The notes: generated by a model not told the origin, from the sequence alone. A stretch of 59,830 nt of DNA from a virus (IMGVR_UViG_3300000351_000079:1-59830), one strand, 5' to 3'; positions 9,474 to 19,877 are shown, counted from the first letter of the stretch. A program made the numbers and translations.

Positions 9474-10658
9474 ATGACAAAAAAACAACTGACTTATATT
9501 AGCTTGTTTAGTAGTGCTGGAGTAGGATGCTACGGATTCAAAATGAATGGATTTGAATGTATAGCAACTAATGAGCTTATTACTAGGCGTTTAGAAGTCC
9601 AAAGAAACAATAACAAATGTAAATACTCAAATGGTTATATTGATGGTGATATCACTTTAGATGATACAAAAAACAGACTTTATGATGCTGTAGATTATTT
9701 TAAGACTAAAAACAATACTGAGGATATCACACTTATAGTTGCGACTCCACCTTGTCAAGGAATATCTATTGCTAATCACAAAAAAAATGATGATGATTTA
9801 AAAAGAAATTCTTTAGTGATAGAGTCAATAAAAATTATTGAAAAACTTAAACCACAGTTTTTTATTTTTGAAAATGTAGCTAGATTTATGAAAACAGTGT
9901 GTACTGATACAGACAATATTGATAAGTCTATAGAAGATGCAATTCGGAATCATTTATTAAAGGATTATGAATTTTCTGATAAAGTTATTAACTTTAAAAA
10001 TTATGGTGCTAATTCAAGTAGAACAAGAACACTTGTTATAGGTGTAAGAAGAGATTTATCAAGTATAATTAGCCCAGAATTATTATTTCCTAAGTATAGA
10101 GATGAAAAAAAATTGGAGGAAGTTATAGGACATTTACCTAAACTAAATATACCGGGACAGTTTAGTGATGATATTTATCACTTTTTTAGAAAATATCCAG
10201 CTCACATGAGAGCTTGGATTGAAAAACTTAATGAAGGCGAATCAGCATTTGATAATAAAGAAGTTCACAGAATACCTCATAGAATAGTCAAGGGAGAAGT
10301 TGTTTTTAATAAACGAAAGAATGGCGATAAATATACAAGACAATGTTGGGATAAAGTAGCTCCGTGTATTCATACAAGAAATGATCAACTAGCAAGCCAA
10401 AACACAATACATCCTACAGATGATAGAGTCTTTAGTATTAGAGAACTCATGTTAATGATGAGTATACCAGCAAGCTTTAAGTGGAGCAACGAATCTATTG
10501 AATCTCTTAACAAGCTAAATGTCAAAGATAAAGCAAGATACTTAAAGAAACATGAGATTAATATAAGACAATCAATTGGAGAAGCTGTTCCTACTAAAAT
10601 ATTTGAAGAAATTGGCAATGAGATAGTGAAACAATTACAAGGTATAGATCATGAGTAA
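9474..10658 (+). CDS. C5 methyltransferase of a type IIS R-M system (HpyAV/Hin4II-like)
   Basis: FSSAGVG, TPPCQ, ENV, IGEAVP; extended -10 TGATATAAT at 9440-9448. Confidence 0.85.
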   Translation: MTKKQLTYISLFSSAGVGCYGFKMNGFECIATNELITRRLEVQRNNNKCKYSNGYIDGDITLDDTKNRLYDAVDYFKTKNNTEDITLIVATPPCQGISIANHKKNDDDLKRNSLVIESIKIIEKLKPQFFIFENVARFMKTVCTDTDNIDKSIEDAIRNHLLKDYEFSDKVINFKNYGANSSRTRTLVIGVRRDLSSIISPELLFPKYRDEKKLEEVIGHLPKLNIPGQFSDDIYHFFRKYPAHMRAWIEKLNEGESAFDNKEVHRIPHRIVKGEVVFNKRKNGDKYTRQCWDKVAPCIHTRNDQLASQNTIHPTDDRVFSIRELMLMMSIPASFKWSNESIESLNKLNVKDKARYLKKHEINIRQSIGEAVPTKIFEEIGNEIVKQLQGIDHE

Positions 10659-11940
10659 AGCTAAAAATAGTAACAACGTTAATATGACACTAAGAGAAAT
10701 TGACAAGATAGCTTCTAATCACTCGAACTATTCATTTTTTGAATTATCTAAAATGGTTGAATTAGCGAATAATAAGAGAACAACTCACTCAGCATATTAT
10801 ACAGATGAAATTATATTAGATTCCGTATTGGAAGAACTTCCGACTTTTACTAAAAAACATATTAAAATATTGGAACCGAGCGTTGGTGCAGGTAATTTTA
10901 TTCCATATGTTATTAATAAATACTCTAACTATAATGTAGAACTTGATTTAGTTGATATTGATTCCGATATTTTAGGTATATTAAAAAATATGATAAAAAA
11001 ACTTAATGTTCCGAATAACTTCAGTATTCGGTTTATTAATGATGATTTCCTTGAACATAAATTCAGTAAGAAATATGATCTAGTACTAGGAAATCCACCA
11101 TTCTCAAAGATAACTAAGAAGTATGGTTTTACCTATGAGTTAGGTTTGTCGAGAAATTTATCATCATATTTTCTTGAAAAAGCACTTAGCATTGCTGATA
11201 ATGTCGTTCTGATAATGCCAAAAAACTATCTAAATACTCCTGAGTATAAAGAATCTAGAGAGAATGTACTAAATTATAATTTAAGTGGAATTATAGATTT
11301 TGGAGAAAAAGGCTTTAAAGGTGTATTGATAGAAACAATTTGTCTAATCTTCAAGAATGAAAAAAGTAATAAAACAAAAGTTTGTTCTGTCCCTTTAGAT
11401 ATCGAATTAAATCAATTTACTGACTACATTACTGATAATAATCTACCTTATTGGATTATATATCGAGATGACTTTTTTGACAATTTTTACAACCATTTAG
11501 ATTTAGGGATATTTAATGTATATAGAGATAGGCAAATAACAAATAAAATATTAAAAGCTAAAGGTGATATTAGAGTATTGAAATCTAGAAATATAAGTGA
11601 TGATGGAACTACTATTAATAATATTGAAAATTATGATACTTATGTGGATATTTCTGATGTAAATACATACACTTCTTTCAAATATTATAATGAAGAGGTA
11701 TTACTAACACCTAATATGACTTATAATTCACGAGTGTTTTTCAAACCCAAAGGATATCTAATGAATGGTTCTTTGGCTGTATTAATACCTAAATTCAGTT
11801 TTGATTTTAATCAAGAAGATGCAAAATATATTTCAACCCAAGAGTATAGAGACTTTTTGAGAATTGCTAGGAATCATCAAACTAGATCATTGAACATAGA
11901 TAAGAATAGCGTATATTTTTATGGGAAAAGGAGGCATTGA
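10651..11940 (+). CDS. N6-adenine methyltransferase of the same R-M system
   Basis: LEPSVGAGNF motif I followed by GNPPF motif IV; overlaps both neighbours. Confidence 0.85.
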   Translation: MSKAKNSNNVNMTLREIDKIASNHSNYSFFELSKMVELANNKRTTHSAYYTDEIILDSVLEELPTFTKKHIKILEPSVGAGNFIPYVINKYSNYNVELDLVDIDSDILGILKNMIKKLNVPNNFSIRFINDDFLEHKFSKKYDLVLGNPPFSKITKKYGFTYELGLSRNLSSYFLEKALSIADNVVLIMPKNYLNTPEYKESRENVLNYNLSGIIDFGEKGFKGVLIETICLIFKNEKSNKTKVCSVPLDIELNQFTDYITDNNLPYWIIYRDDFFDNFYNHLDLGIFNVYRDRQITNKILKAKGDIRVLKSRNISDDGTTINNIENYDTYVDISDVNTYTSFKYYNEEVLLTPNMTYNSRVFFKPKGYLMNGSLAVLIPKFSFDFNQEDAKYISTQEYRDFLRIARNHQTRSLNIDKNSVYFYGKRRH

Positions 11941-13172
11941 TTATGAGATGGCTATCAGAAAGTGATGTATATGATTTTTTAGACGCCAACAATTATGACA
12001 TTAGAGTTAAAAATAATGCTAGATGGATTGATCAAAAGTGTACTCCAGATGTGATTACTATTATTTCAGATTGTATTTTAAATTTAGAAAATATTGATAT
12101 AACTAATAATTGGTTTACCTCTCTGGATGTATGGCATTCAGATTTTACTGTTGAAAATGTCCAAAATATTTTTAAAAAACCTAACCCGAACGAAAAGAAA
12201 GCTAGAAACGAATATGATAAATTTTTCCAACAACCTATGGAGATGTTGTCATATGCTGGTGTATTAGAAAAAAAGAAGATTGGACAAAGAAATTATTATA
12301 AAGTCAATAGCATAGAGTTATTGGAATGGTTGTCAATTAGAGAGAAAAACTCTTTGCTATTTTTGAAATTTTATATAACAAAAGTACTTATTGATTCTAA
12401 CATTCACTATTTATTTCAAAACTTTTTTGATAATCCAAACTCGACAACATATAGACATATGAAAGAGGGTTACGCAGATTTTATCATTGAAAACACACCT
12501 ATTAACAAGAGATTGGAGCCATTTAGAATTTTTACAAAAGTTTTGAACCCATTAAGTTATTTTAATAACACATATGGAACTGAAAGAGGTAGGATTTCGA
12601 ATCATAAAATCACATACGATATGTTAATGTACAATAGGGATAACTTTAGAGACATATATATGAATAAACCAAAAGATATGACAAGAAAAGAATATGAAAA
12701 ATCTATTGGATATGTTCAAAGAGATAATTTAGACTTGTATAAATATCAATCTACAAAAGCCAAACGCTTGGTTAGAGATTATAATCAAACATTTAATTTT
12801 GGGCTTTCTGAAGTCTATCAAGAAAACCACTCAAAAGATTTGGCAACTCATATGCACCATATATTCCCTGAATCAGAGTATCCTGAGATAAGTGGATATC
12901 CAGAAAATATCATTGCTCTTACTCCAACACAGCATCTTAATTATGCACACATTGATGGTAATACACAAGTGATTAGTGAGACTTTTCAGCAAATTATTTT
13001 GCTAGCAAAAAACGAAACAATAAGAAAAGATTATATAGAAAAAATAGATGTTTATGACTTTAACAACTTTCTTTTAGTGCTATCTGTTGGCTTTGATAAA
13101 GATGATATCATTGAAATTGAACAATATGATTTTATTTCTACAGCCAGAGAAATTAATTTGAATTATGCTTAA
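11937..13172 (+). CDS. type IIS restriction endonuclease with HNH active site
   Basis: HHIFP...ENIIALTPTQH...AH HNH motif; coupled to the C5 and N6 MTases. Confidence 0.75.
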   Translation: MIMRWLSESDVYDFLDANNYDIRVKNNARWIDQKCTPDVITIISDCILNLENIDITNNWFTSLDVWHSDFTVENVQNIFKKPNPNEKKARNEYDKFFQQPMEMLSYAGVLEKKKIGQRNYYKVNSIELLEWLSIREKNSLLFLKFYITKVLIDSNIHYLFQNFFDNPNSTTYRHMKEGYADFIIENTPINKRLEPFRIFTKVLNPLSYFNNTYGTERGRISNHKITYDMLMYNRDNFRDIYMNKPKDMTRKEYEKSIGYVQRDNLDLYKYQSTKAKRLVRDYNQTFNFGLSEVYQENHSKDLATHMHHIFPESEYPEISGYPENIIALTPTQHLNYAHIDGNTQVISETFQQIILLAKNETIRKDYIEKIDVYDFNNFLLVLSVGFDKDDIIEIEQYDFISTAREINLNYA

Positions 13173-13236
13173 GTTTATTTGTTAAGTAGAGTCGTATTTG
13201 ACATTGATTTAAATTTAGGAGTTAGAGGTAGTCTCA

Positions 13237-13914
13237 ATGAATAGTAAACAGTTATCTAAAAGAATGTGCTATGTTTCAAAAAACTATTTTGATTCAGCTA
13301 TGATTTTAGAAAAAAATCTTTTTGTTTGTAATAACAATAATATTATATATCCAATTGTATACCTATTAAGACATTCATTGGAGCTGATTTTAAAATCTCT
13401 TATTTTGCAAGATATAAATTTACAGCATATTGATATCAAAAAGCCAGTAATTTATTATTCTAGATTAAAAGGTAAAAATTTTGATATTTCACGAACTCAT
13501 AGTTTGGTTGTTTTGTTTGACAGATTAGTTGACATTGATAATGCAAAAATAGAAGATTATGATCAACTTGTTGGATTTCATAAAGATACTATTAAAGAAC
13601 TGAAAAATCTTTTTTCCACTATAGATGATATTGATTATAATGGCGATATGTACAGATATCCTATCAGTAAAAAAGGTATCATTAATAATATGGAGTTTAT
13701 CGAAAAAGAGAATAAAGAAGACAGTTTAGTTTTTGGAGAGATAAAACCACATAAAATTGGGCATTTTATCTTCGGAAGCAAAGAAAACGATGATTTTGGT
13801 TTTTTGAAACATGTGTATATAAAGGATGAAGATACATATAAAATGAAAAACAGATTAAAAAATGTTATTTATAGAATGATTGATTATTCCCAATATAAAA
13901 AAATATTTGTATGA
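13237..13914 (+). CDS. HEPN-like hypothetical protein
   Basis: PIVYLLRHSLELILKSL...THSL...YRYP pattern. Confidence 0.5.
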   Translation: MNSKQLSKRMCYVSKNYFDSAMILEKNLFVCNNNNIIYPIVYLLRHSLELILKSLILQDINLQHIDIKKPVIYYSRLKGKNFDISRTHSLVVLFDRLVDIDNAKIEDYDQLVGFHKDTIKELKNLFSTIDDIDYNGDMYRYPISKKGIINNMEFIEKENKEDSLVFGEIKPHKIGHFIFGSKENDDFGFLKHVYIKDEDTYKMKNRLKNVIYRMIDYSQYKKIFV

Positions 13915-14107
13915 TATTCTATAATCATTGTGATTTGCTTTATGGAACAATATATCGCAATATCAGAAATGAATAGACAATAAATTGCTATACAATTTAG
14001 AGCCCTTGCTCAAGCAGTTTAGTGCTTTGCGCTAATGGACATAATTTGATATTTATGATAGAGTTTTATTATCGTGGAGTACTGGCTAAAAAAGCAACAG
14101 CCTAGAA

Positions 14108-14143
14108 GAAGAGGATCTCATTTTATGAGTTCCTTTTTCTTTT
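14108..14143 (+). terminator. terminator-like hairpin in the leader of the late region
   Basis: GAAGAGGA-TCTCAT-TTT-ATGAG-TTCCTTTTTCTTTT. Confidence 0.55.
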
Positions 14144-14221
14144 GCAGAAAAAATTGTAGTATTCAACTGGTAAGTCATTACAGTTTTGACAATAATAGCC
14201 TAACAGTTGGAGTGATTAAAA

Positions 14222-14716
14222 ATGAAAGGATACACGCTTGATTACTACGAAAAGTGGGAACGTGACGGTATACTTGATAAAAGGTTAAGCGAAATCAAAG
14301 AACTCGTTTCAAAAGGAGTTCCTCAAATAGAAATCGCTAAAATATTAGGGATGGCTGAAAAAACACTTTATAAGTTGAAAAAGCGTCATCCAAAAATGAA
14401 TCAAGCATTTGTGTTTGGAAATGATGAATTACAATACACATTAATTGATTCAATCATGAAAAAGGCAGTGGGATATGAGTATGAAGAAACGCAGACCACA
14501 ATCGAAGAAACTAAGTCTGGTACAAAGAAAAGGATTGTTAAACAAAAGAAAGTTGCACATCCTGATTTGAATGCTGCTAGATATCTACTCATTATTAAAT
14601 TTGGACGAAACTTTAATGATAGAAAAGAAGAAATAGATGTAATGTATGAACGGTTAAAGAATAGAGAGGACAAGTGGACGAATGCAAGTAGTAATGAAGA
14701 CGATAACGAGTCTTAA
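14222..14716 (+). CDS. HTH protein, terminase-small-subunit-like
   Basis: IAKILGMAEKTLYKLKK HTH, KKAVGYEYEE, PDLNAARYLL; homologue at 53660. Confidence 0.6.
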   Translation: MKGYTLDYYEKWERDGILDKRLSEIKELVSKGVPQIEIAKILGMAEKTLYKLKKRHPKMNQAFVFGNDELQYTLIDSIMKKAVGYEYEETQTTIEETKSGTKKRIVKQKKVAHPDLNAARYLLIIKFGRNFNDRKEEIDVMYERLKNREDKWTNASSNEDDNES

Positions 14717-15884
14717 AGAATATGACAATAATCCAAGAAACAATAATGAAGCAATTAATGCAGTAGCTAGTTCAATTGAAGCATTCGGATTTAAAGTTCC
14801 AATTGTAATAACAAAAGATAATATCATTGTTGCCGGTCACACAAGATTAAAGGCATCCATAAAACTTGGACTCAAAGAAGTACCTTGCATCATTGCTGAT
14901 GATCTAACAGAAGACCAAATCAAAGCTTATCGATTAGCTGATAATAAAACAGCTGAACTTGCTACATGGGATTTATCAAAACTTGAAGCTGAACTGTTAG
15001 ATATTGATATGGATATGCTACAGTTTGGATTTGAAGAACTAGAAGAAAGTTTACCTGATAATGCAACCGATGATGATTTTGATATTGATGAAGAAATCCC
15101 TGAAATACCTTTTTCACAACCTGGTGACATTTATGAACTTGATGGACATAGAGTCATGTGTGGTGATTCAACAAGCGAAGCAGATGTTTCTATATTAGTT
15201 GATGGAAAACAAGTGGATATGATTTTTACAGATCCACCATATAATGTGGATTACGAAGGAACTGCAGGTAAAATCAAAAATGATAAGATGGAAGATAATA
15301 GCTTCTATCTTTTTTTATACGATGCGTTTAATAATATGTTTCAAAGCATTAAACCTGGTGGTGCTATCTATGTTTGCCATGCAGATACTGAAGGACTCAA
15401 CTTTAGAAACGCATTCAAGAATGCTGGGTTTAAACTTGCTGAATGTTTAATCTGGGTTAAGAATGCTTTAGTGCTTGGCAGACAAGATTATCACTGGCGA
15501 CATGAACCGATTCTTTATGGTTGGAAAGAAGGCGCAGCTCATTACTTTGTGGATGATCGATCTCAAGATACTATATGGGAATATAATAAACCTAGAAAGA
15601 ATGAAGAACATCCAACAATGAAACCATTAGAATTAGTAGGAAAAGCTATCGCTAATTCATCAAGACGACATGAAACAATTCTTGATCTATTTGGTGGTTC
15701 AGGTTCAACAATGATCGCATCAGATCAACTTGATCGTAAATCATGTTTAATGGAACTTGATGAAAGATTTGTGGATGTTATTGTAAAAAGATATATTAAA
15801 CATAAAGAAACAAACGAAGATTGTTATTTAATTAGAAATGGTAAAAGGTCTAAGCTAAGCTCTTTTGATGTGTTTGAAATATAA
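14682..15884 (+). CDS. ParB-domain N4/N6 DNA methyltransferase
   Basis: ParB motifs (NNPR, AGHTR) plus DPPY, HPTMKP, LDLFGGSGST. Confidence 0.92.
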   Translation: MQVVMKTITSLKEYDNNPRNNNEAINAVASSIEAFGFKVPIVITKDNIIVAGHTRLKASIKLGLKEVPCIIADDLTEDQIKAYRLADNKTAELATWDLSKLEAELLDIDMDMLQFGFEELEESLPDNATDDDFDIDEEIPEIPFSQPGDIYELDGHRVMCGDSTSEADVSILVDGKQVDMIFTDPPYNVDYEGTAGKIKNDKMEDNSFYLFLYDAFNNMFQSIKPGGAIYVCHADTEGLNFRNAFKNAGFKLAECLIWVKNALVLGRQDYHWRHEPILYGWKEGAAHYFVDDRSQDTIWEYNKPRKNEEHPTMKPLELVGKAIANSSRRHETILDLFGGSGSTMIASDQLDRKSCLMELDERFVDVIVKRYIKHKETNEDCYLIRNGKRSKLSSFDVFEI

Positions 15885-15903
15885 TCACTATAGTGAGAAA
15901 AAT

Positions 15904-15936
15904 GACTTGCTATTTAGTCCCTTTAGAGTGATATAT
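15904..15936 (+). promoter_or_regulatory. promoter of a three-gene moron
   Basis: GACTTGCTATT-N12-AGTGATATAT, the same motif found upstream of the recombinases. Confidence 0.6.
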
Positions 15937-15970
15937 AGTGTAAGCAAAAAATACAAAGGAGACTAAGATT

Positions 15971-16396
15971 ATGCAAAAGGAAATGAAACTCAAAGACTTT
16001 ATTGAAAGATTTAAACAAGGCAATTTTGATTCTAAAGACGTACATGCTCAAATTGAAGCGGGTTGGTACGATTGGTTTTGTAAAGATGAAAGCTTAGCCA
16101 ACAAAACAAAACGTATGGGTAACATTGTCAAACAGTTAAAAGACGGTGGAAAAGTTAATCTAGAAACTATGTATGTATGGTTTAAGAATAACTGTCCACT
16201 TGCAGGACCACTCTATGATGATTTCAGAATCGCAGACATTGAGTCAGGTGATACATTATTTACTATAACAATCAATTGCTTTAGAGAAGAAAAAAGATAT
16301 ACGGTCTATGGTAGAAAAAATGACTTTATAGATCCACTCTTTGAAACAGATAAATCAAGAGAACTTATTAATTGGCTCAATGAAGGGTGGGCTTAA
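15971..16396 (+). CDS. hypothetical phage protein
   Basis: AAGGAG RBS; AGWYDWFC and FKNNCP motifs. Confidence 0.7.
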   Translation: MQKEMKLKDFIERFKQGNFDSKDVHAQIEAGWYDWFCKDESLANKTKRMGNIVKQLKDGGKVNLETMYVWFKNNCPLAGPLYDDFRIADIESGDTLFTITINCFREEKRYTVYGRKNDFIDPLFETDKSRELINWLNEGWA

Positions 16397-16397
16397 A

Positions 16398-16775
16398 ATG
16401 TATAAAGAATTCAATGCTCATCCTAAAGGACTAAAAACATCAGATTGTGTCGTAAGAGCAATCGCTACTGCGACTAACTCAGACTACATGGAAACAAGAC
16501 GAGAACTGAATAGAAGAAAGCGAGAACTTGGATATACGAGCTACAAAGATACCAAGTTCTTATATGATTATTTCAAAGACTATCCAAGACTTATCTTTAA
16601 ACCAGTTAAAGGTGAACCTAGAATTAAAGGTAGTGATTTTACAAAACTACATTCAAAGGGTACTTACATCCTTAAAATGGCTGGACACATCACAGCTTGT
16701 GTTGATGGTGTTATACTTGATACTTGGGATTGTAGTTACCGTTCAGTTTATACAGCATGGGAGATTAAAAAATGA
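16398..16775 (+). CDS. hypothetical protein, possible Cys-His-Asp papain-like fold
   Basis: DCVVRAI...GH...DG..LDTWD; start moved to ATG 16398. Confidence 0.6.
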   Translation: MYKEFNAHPKGLKTSDCVVRAIATATNSDYMETRRELNRRKRELGYTSYKDTKFLYDYFKDYPRLIFKPVKGEPRIKGSDFTKLHSKGTYILKMAGHITACVDGVILDTWDCSYRSVYTAWEIKK

Positions 16776-17071
16776 AAACAAAATTTATAAGCAAAGCATG
16801 TCATGAAGATTTAATACCACAAGATGAGTTTGTCATTGAAAAAGAAATAGTTTTAGATACATCAGCCTTTGAAGAGTTCATTAATAATCCCCTTGGATAT
16901 TATGACTTTATTAAAGACAATACAAACTTAATGTATTGTGACACCGATGGAGTTTTCCACTGCATTTATGTGACATCAAATGAGCATGACTTTGGGATAC
17001 TCGTTGAAAGTGAAGGCTATCATTATGCGAGGTATATAGCCTATTTACCAAAAACAAACCTTGGGAGCTAA
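16772..17071 (+). CDS. hypothetical phage protein (DUF6329-like)
   Basis: FHCIYV...GILVESEGYHYARY; ATGA overlap with the previous gene. Confidence 0.65.
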   Translation: MKTKFISKACHEDLIPQDEFVIEKEIVLDTSAFEEFINNPLGYYDFIKDNTNLMYCDTDGVFHCIYVTSNEHDFGILVESEGYHYARYIAYLPKTNLGS

Positions 17072-17086
17072 AAGCTCCTTTTTTTT
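17064..17086 (+). terminator. intrinsic terminator closing the moron
   Basis: GGAGCT-AAA-AGCTCC followed by T8. Confidence 0.75.
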
Positions 17087-17113
17087 CTACTTAAAAACGA
17101 AGGAGATTATATT

Positions 17114-18244
17114 ATGCAAAGAGTAACAAGTGAATCAGTATTTCAAGGACATCCTGATAAGGTATGTGACCAAATTAGTGATGCAATACTAGATGCATTA
17201 CTAGAACAAGACAAAGAATCAAGAGTAGCGGTAGAAACTGCCATTAAAGATAATTTAGTATTTATCTTTGGTGAAGTAACAACAGCTGCATCTTTAAACT
17301 ATAAAGCAATCGCTAAAACAGTATTAAAAGATATCGGCTATGATGAAGACTTTGTAGTCATAGAACAAATTAGTAAACAATCACCTGATATTGCATTAGG
17401 TGTTAATAAAACAGAGCATAAAGAACAAGGTGCAGGAGACCAAGGGATTATGTGTGGTTATGCTTGTAGTGAAACACAAGAGTTTATGCCATTACCAATT
17501 ATGCTCGCACATGAAATATCTAAAGAAGTTGATAGAGTCAGAAAAGAGCAGCACTCTCATATCTTTGGACCTGATGGCAAATGCCAAGTAAGTGTTGATT
17601 ACAAAGATGGAAAGCCAGTAAACATTCCAATCATTGTTGTATCTGCTCAAACAAAACCAGGGATTTATCGTGAAGTTTATGAAGAGATTATAAGACAAGC
17701 AATCCTTAGAGCAGTTGGCAGACATGATTTATTAAATGGTACACAAATACTCATTAATCCTACTGGTGAATTTATACTTGGTGGACCTAAAGCAGACTCG
17801 GGTCTAACTGGTAGAAAAATTATTGTCGATACTTATGGTGGTTACTCTAGACATGGGGGAGGTGCCTTCTCAGGAAAGGACATAAGCAAAGTTGATCGCA
17901 GTGCGGCTTACTACGCAAGATACGTAGCAAAAGCCGTTGTAGGGGCAGGTTTGGCGACACACTGCGAAGTCTGTTTAAGCTATGCAATTGGTGTTGCAGA
18001 GCCAACAAGTATTTTAATTAATACCTTTGATACTGGAGTAACATCTGATAATGAAATTACACAACTAGTTAATGAGGTATTTGATTTTAGACCAGGTAAA
18101 ATGAAAAAAGAACTTAAGCTAGATAACGTTAAGTTTAAACAATTAGCAACCTATGGTCATTTTGGTAGAGAAGATTTAGATGTTCCATGGGAAGATGTAG
18201 ATCAAAAAATTGAAGAACTACTAGAATTTTATGAAGAAGCCTAA
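17114..18244 (+). CDS. metK: S-adenosylmethionine synthetase
   Basis: TSESV..GHPDK, GAGDQG, PDGK, GLTGRKII, GGGAFSGKD signatures. Confidence 0.96.
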   Translation: MQRVTSESVFQGHPDKVCDQISDAILDALLEQDKESRVAVETAIKDNLVFIFGEVTTAASLNYKAIAKTVLKDIGYDEDFVVIEQISKQSPDIALGVNKTEHKEQGAGDQGIMCGYACSETQEFMPLPIMLAHEISKEVDRVRKEQHSHIFGPDGKCQVSVDYKDGKPVNIPIIVVSAQTKPGIYREVYEEIIRQAILRAVGRHDLLNGTQILINPTGEFILGGPKADSGLTGRKIIVDTYGGYSRHGGGAFSGKDISKVDRSAAYYARYVAKAVVGAGLATHCEVCLSYAIGVAEPTSILINTFDTGVTSDNEITQLVNEVFDFRPGKMKKELKLDNVKFKQLATYGHFGREDLDVPWEDVDQKIEELLEFYEEA

Positions 18245-18515
18245 GATACTGCATAACTTCTATAAATCCACAGTATGGCAAGTAGCAAGACAAATTAAAT
18301 ACCAAGAACAGAATGGTAAGTGTGAACGATGTGGTAGGGTAGGTGAAGAAGTTCATCATAAGATTAGGTTAACAGTCGAAAATGTCAAGGATCCAACGAT
18401 TAGTATTAATCAAGAAAACTTAGAACTTCTTTGTAAAGACTGTCACAACAAAGAACATAAAAGATTTACAAAAGGAAAAGAATTTGATAGTGATGGCAAC
18501 TTAATTCCAAGATAA
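18231..18515 (+). CDS. HNH endonuclease (terminase-associated, HK97 gp74-like)
   Basis: CERC...VHHK...NLELLCKDCHNKEH. Confidence 0.9.
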   Translation: MKKPKILHNFYKSTVWQVARQIKYQEQNGKCERCGRVGEEVHHKIRLTVENVKDPTISINQENLELLCKDCHNKEHKRFTKGKEFDSDGNLIPR

Positions 18516-18570
18516 CCTCGTATTTGTATTATAACTTTGGTATAATTATAAAAAAGCGAAGGGGATTATC

Positions 18571-19005
18571 ATGGAGATAACTAGTGTAAATGAAAAAAAG
18601 GTAGCAGACAATAGTTCAACAGCGAAGAACGAGATATTAAATTTAGCAACCAGTGAGTTTTTTAGTTTAATGGATAAATTTTCTAACGCAATAAATGAAG
18701 ACATAAAAAAATTATCTATTGAAGAACAAGTGAAATCAAAAGAAATAATTGATGGGTTTAATAAACGTTTAGAATTTATTGAAAGTTATAAATTGGAAGA
18801 GAATGTATCTGAAGAAATGAAGGAAAAGATTTATGATGACTTTAATAAGACTGCTAGCGAATTGGGAGAGTACGAGATTACTGTATATAAAGCAAAAAAT
18901 AAAGAAAAAACAATAAAACAAATAATTGGTGGCGTAATTGATGTTGTCAAAGTAATAGGTTTAAGTAGTGTAGCCATAGCATTAATAAAAAAAGGAAAAA
19001 ATTAA
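18571..19005 (+). CDS. hypothetical helical protein with hydrophobic C-terminus (moron)
   Basis: Own extended -10 (TGGTATAAT, 18538-18546) and RBS. Confidence 0.6.
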   Translation: MEITSVNEKKVADNSSTAKNEILNLATSEFFSLMDKFSNAINEDIKKLSIEEQVKSKEIIDGFNKRLEFIESYKLEENVSEEMKEKIYDDFNKTASELGEYEITVYKAKNKEKTIKQIIGGVIDVVKVIGLSSVAIALIKKGKN

Positions 19006-19009
19006 TCAT

Positions 19010-19327
19010 ATGGATAGACTTAACATTACTCGTGAGAATAAGAAAAAGTACCAAGAAAGATTTGTTGAATGGATGGAAAAGAAATATCCCAACATTGCAA
19101 GACCAGACATTATGGCTTCAAACGTAATGTATACAATCAATCAGAATCGTGGTTTTTCACTTAACGAGTTGATTAATAAAGAAATTACATTAGATGAATA
19201 TCGAGATAAGTTTGAACAGCACTTTGAAAAAATAAACAGAAAATCTCCAAGTGGACACGCTAATGTGCAAAAGTGGGGAGCTCAATACTTTATTGAGTTT
19301 ATTTCTGAAATCTATTTAAAGAATTAG
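19010..19327 (+). CDS. hypothetical protein (moron)
   Basis: 105-aa ORF tightly packed in the operon. Confidence 0.6.
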   Translation: MDRLNITRENKKKYQERFVEWMEKKYPNIARPDIMASNVMYTINQNRGFSLNELINKEITLDEYRDKFEQHFEKINRKSPSGHANVQKWGAQYFIEFISEIYLKN

Positions 19328-19340
19328 GGGGAATTATCTT

Positions 19341-19877
19341 ATGTCCTGGATATATATTAATTCAACATCAAATGCAGAAAGATATGTTCTCGGAGACGTA
19401 ACAGGTAACAATCCCTTTATTGTCTTTGGTATTAATCCTAGTTATGCAACACCTACAAAATTAGATCCAACTTTAAGAGAAGTTGCTTCAATGTCAGTGA
19501 AGCTTGGGTATACTGGATGGATTATGTTAAACATTTATCCACAAAGATCGACAAATCCAAAAGGTATTCATCCAACAATAAACAATACTTTACACAACAA
19601 TAATCTTATTGAAATTGAAAAGATAATTAAGCAATATCCTAATGTTAGGCTTCATGCAATGTGGGGAAACAATATCAATAGATTCTCCTATCTTAAAGCT
19701 ACTTGTTTTCCAAATGTGGATAATATTAGAGTGGCTCACTCAACATCAGATTGGTATTATCTAGGAGGCAAAACTCTAGCAAGTGAACCATGGCATCCTT
19801 TATATGTACTAAGACAGCAGAACAAAGCTAACAAAAAAGGTTTAAGTGTAAATTATTATACAGAATATGTTTTGTAA
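19341..19877 (+). CDS. DUF1643-family protein
   Basis: RYVL, GINPSYA, DPT, NIYPQRSTNP, AMWG, PWHPLY motifs. Confidence 0.75.
   Translation: MSWIYINSTSNAERYVLGDVTGNNPFIVFGINPSYATPTKLDPTLREVASMSVKLGYTGWIMLNIYPQRSTNPKGIHPTINNTLHNNNLIEIEKIIKQYPNVRLHAMWGNNINRFSYLKATCFPNVDNIRVAHSTSDWYYLGGKTLASEPWHPLYVLRQQNKANKKGLSVNYYTEYVL

Noticed and set aside
10640-10660. Frameshift splitting a fused C5/N6 MTase (pseudogene)
   Set aside because: The second ORF has its own ATG overlapping the stop, both halves keep full motif sets, and separately encoded MTase pairs are normal for type IIS systems
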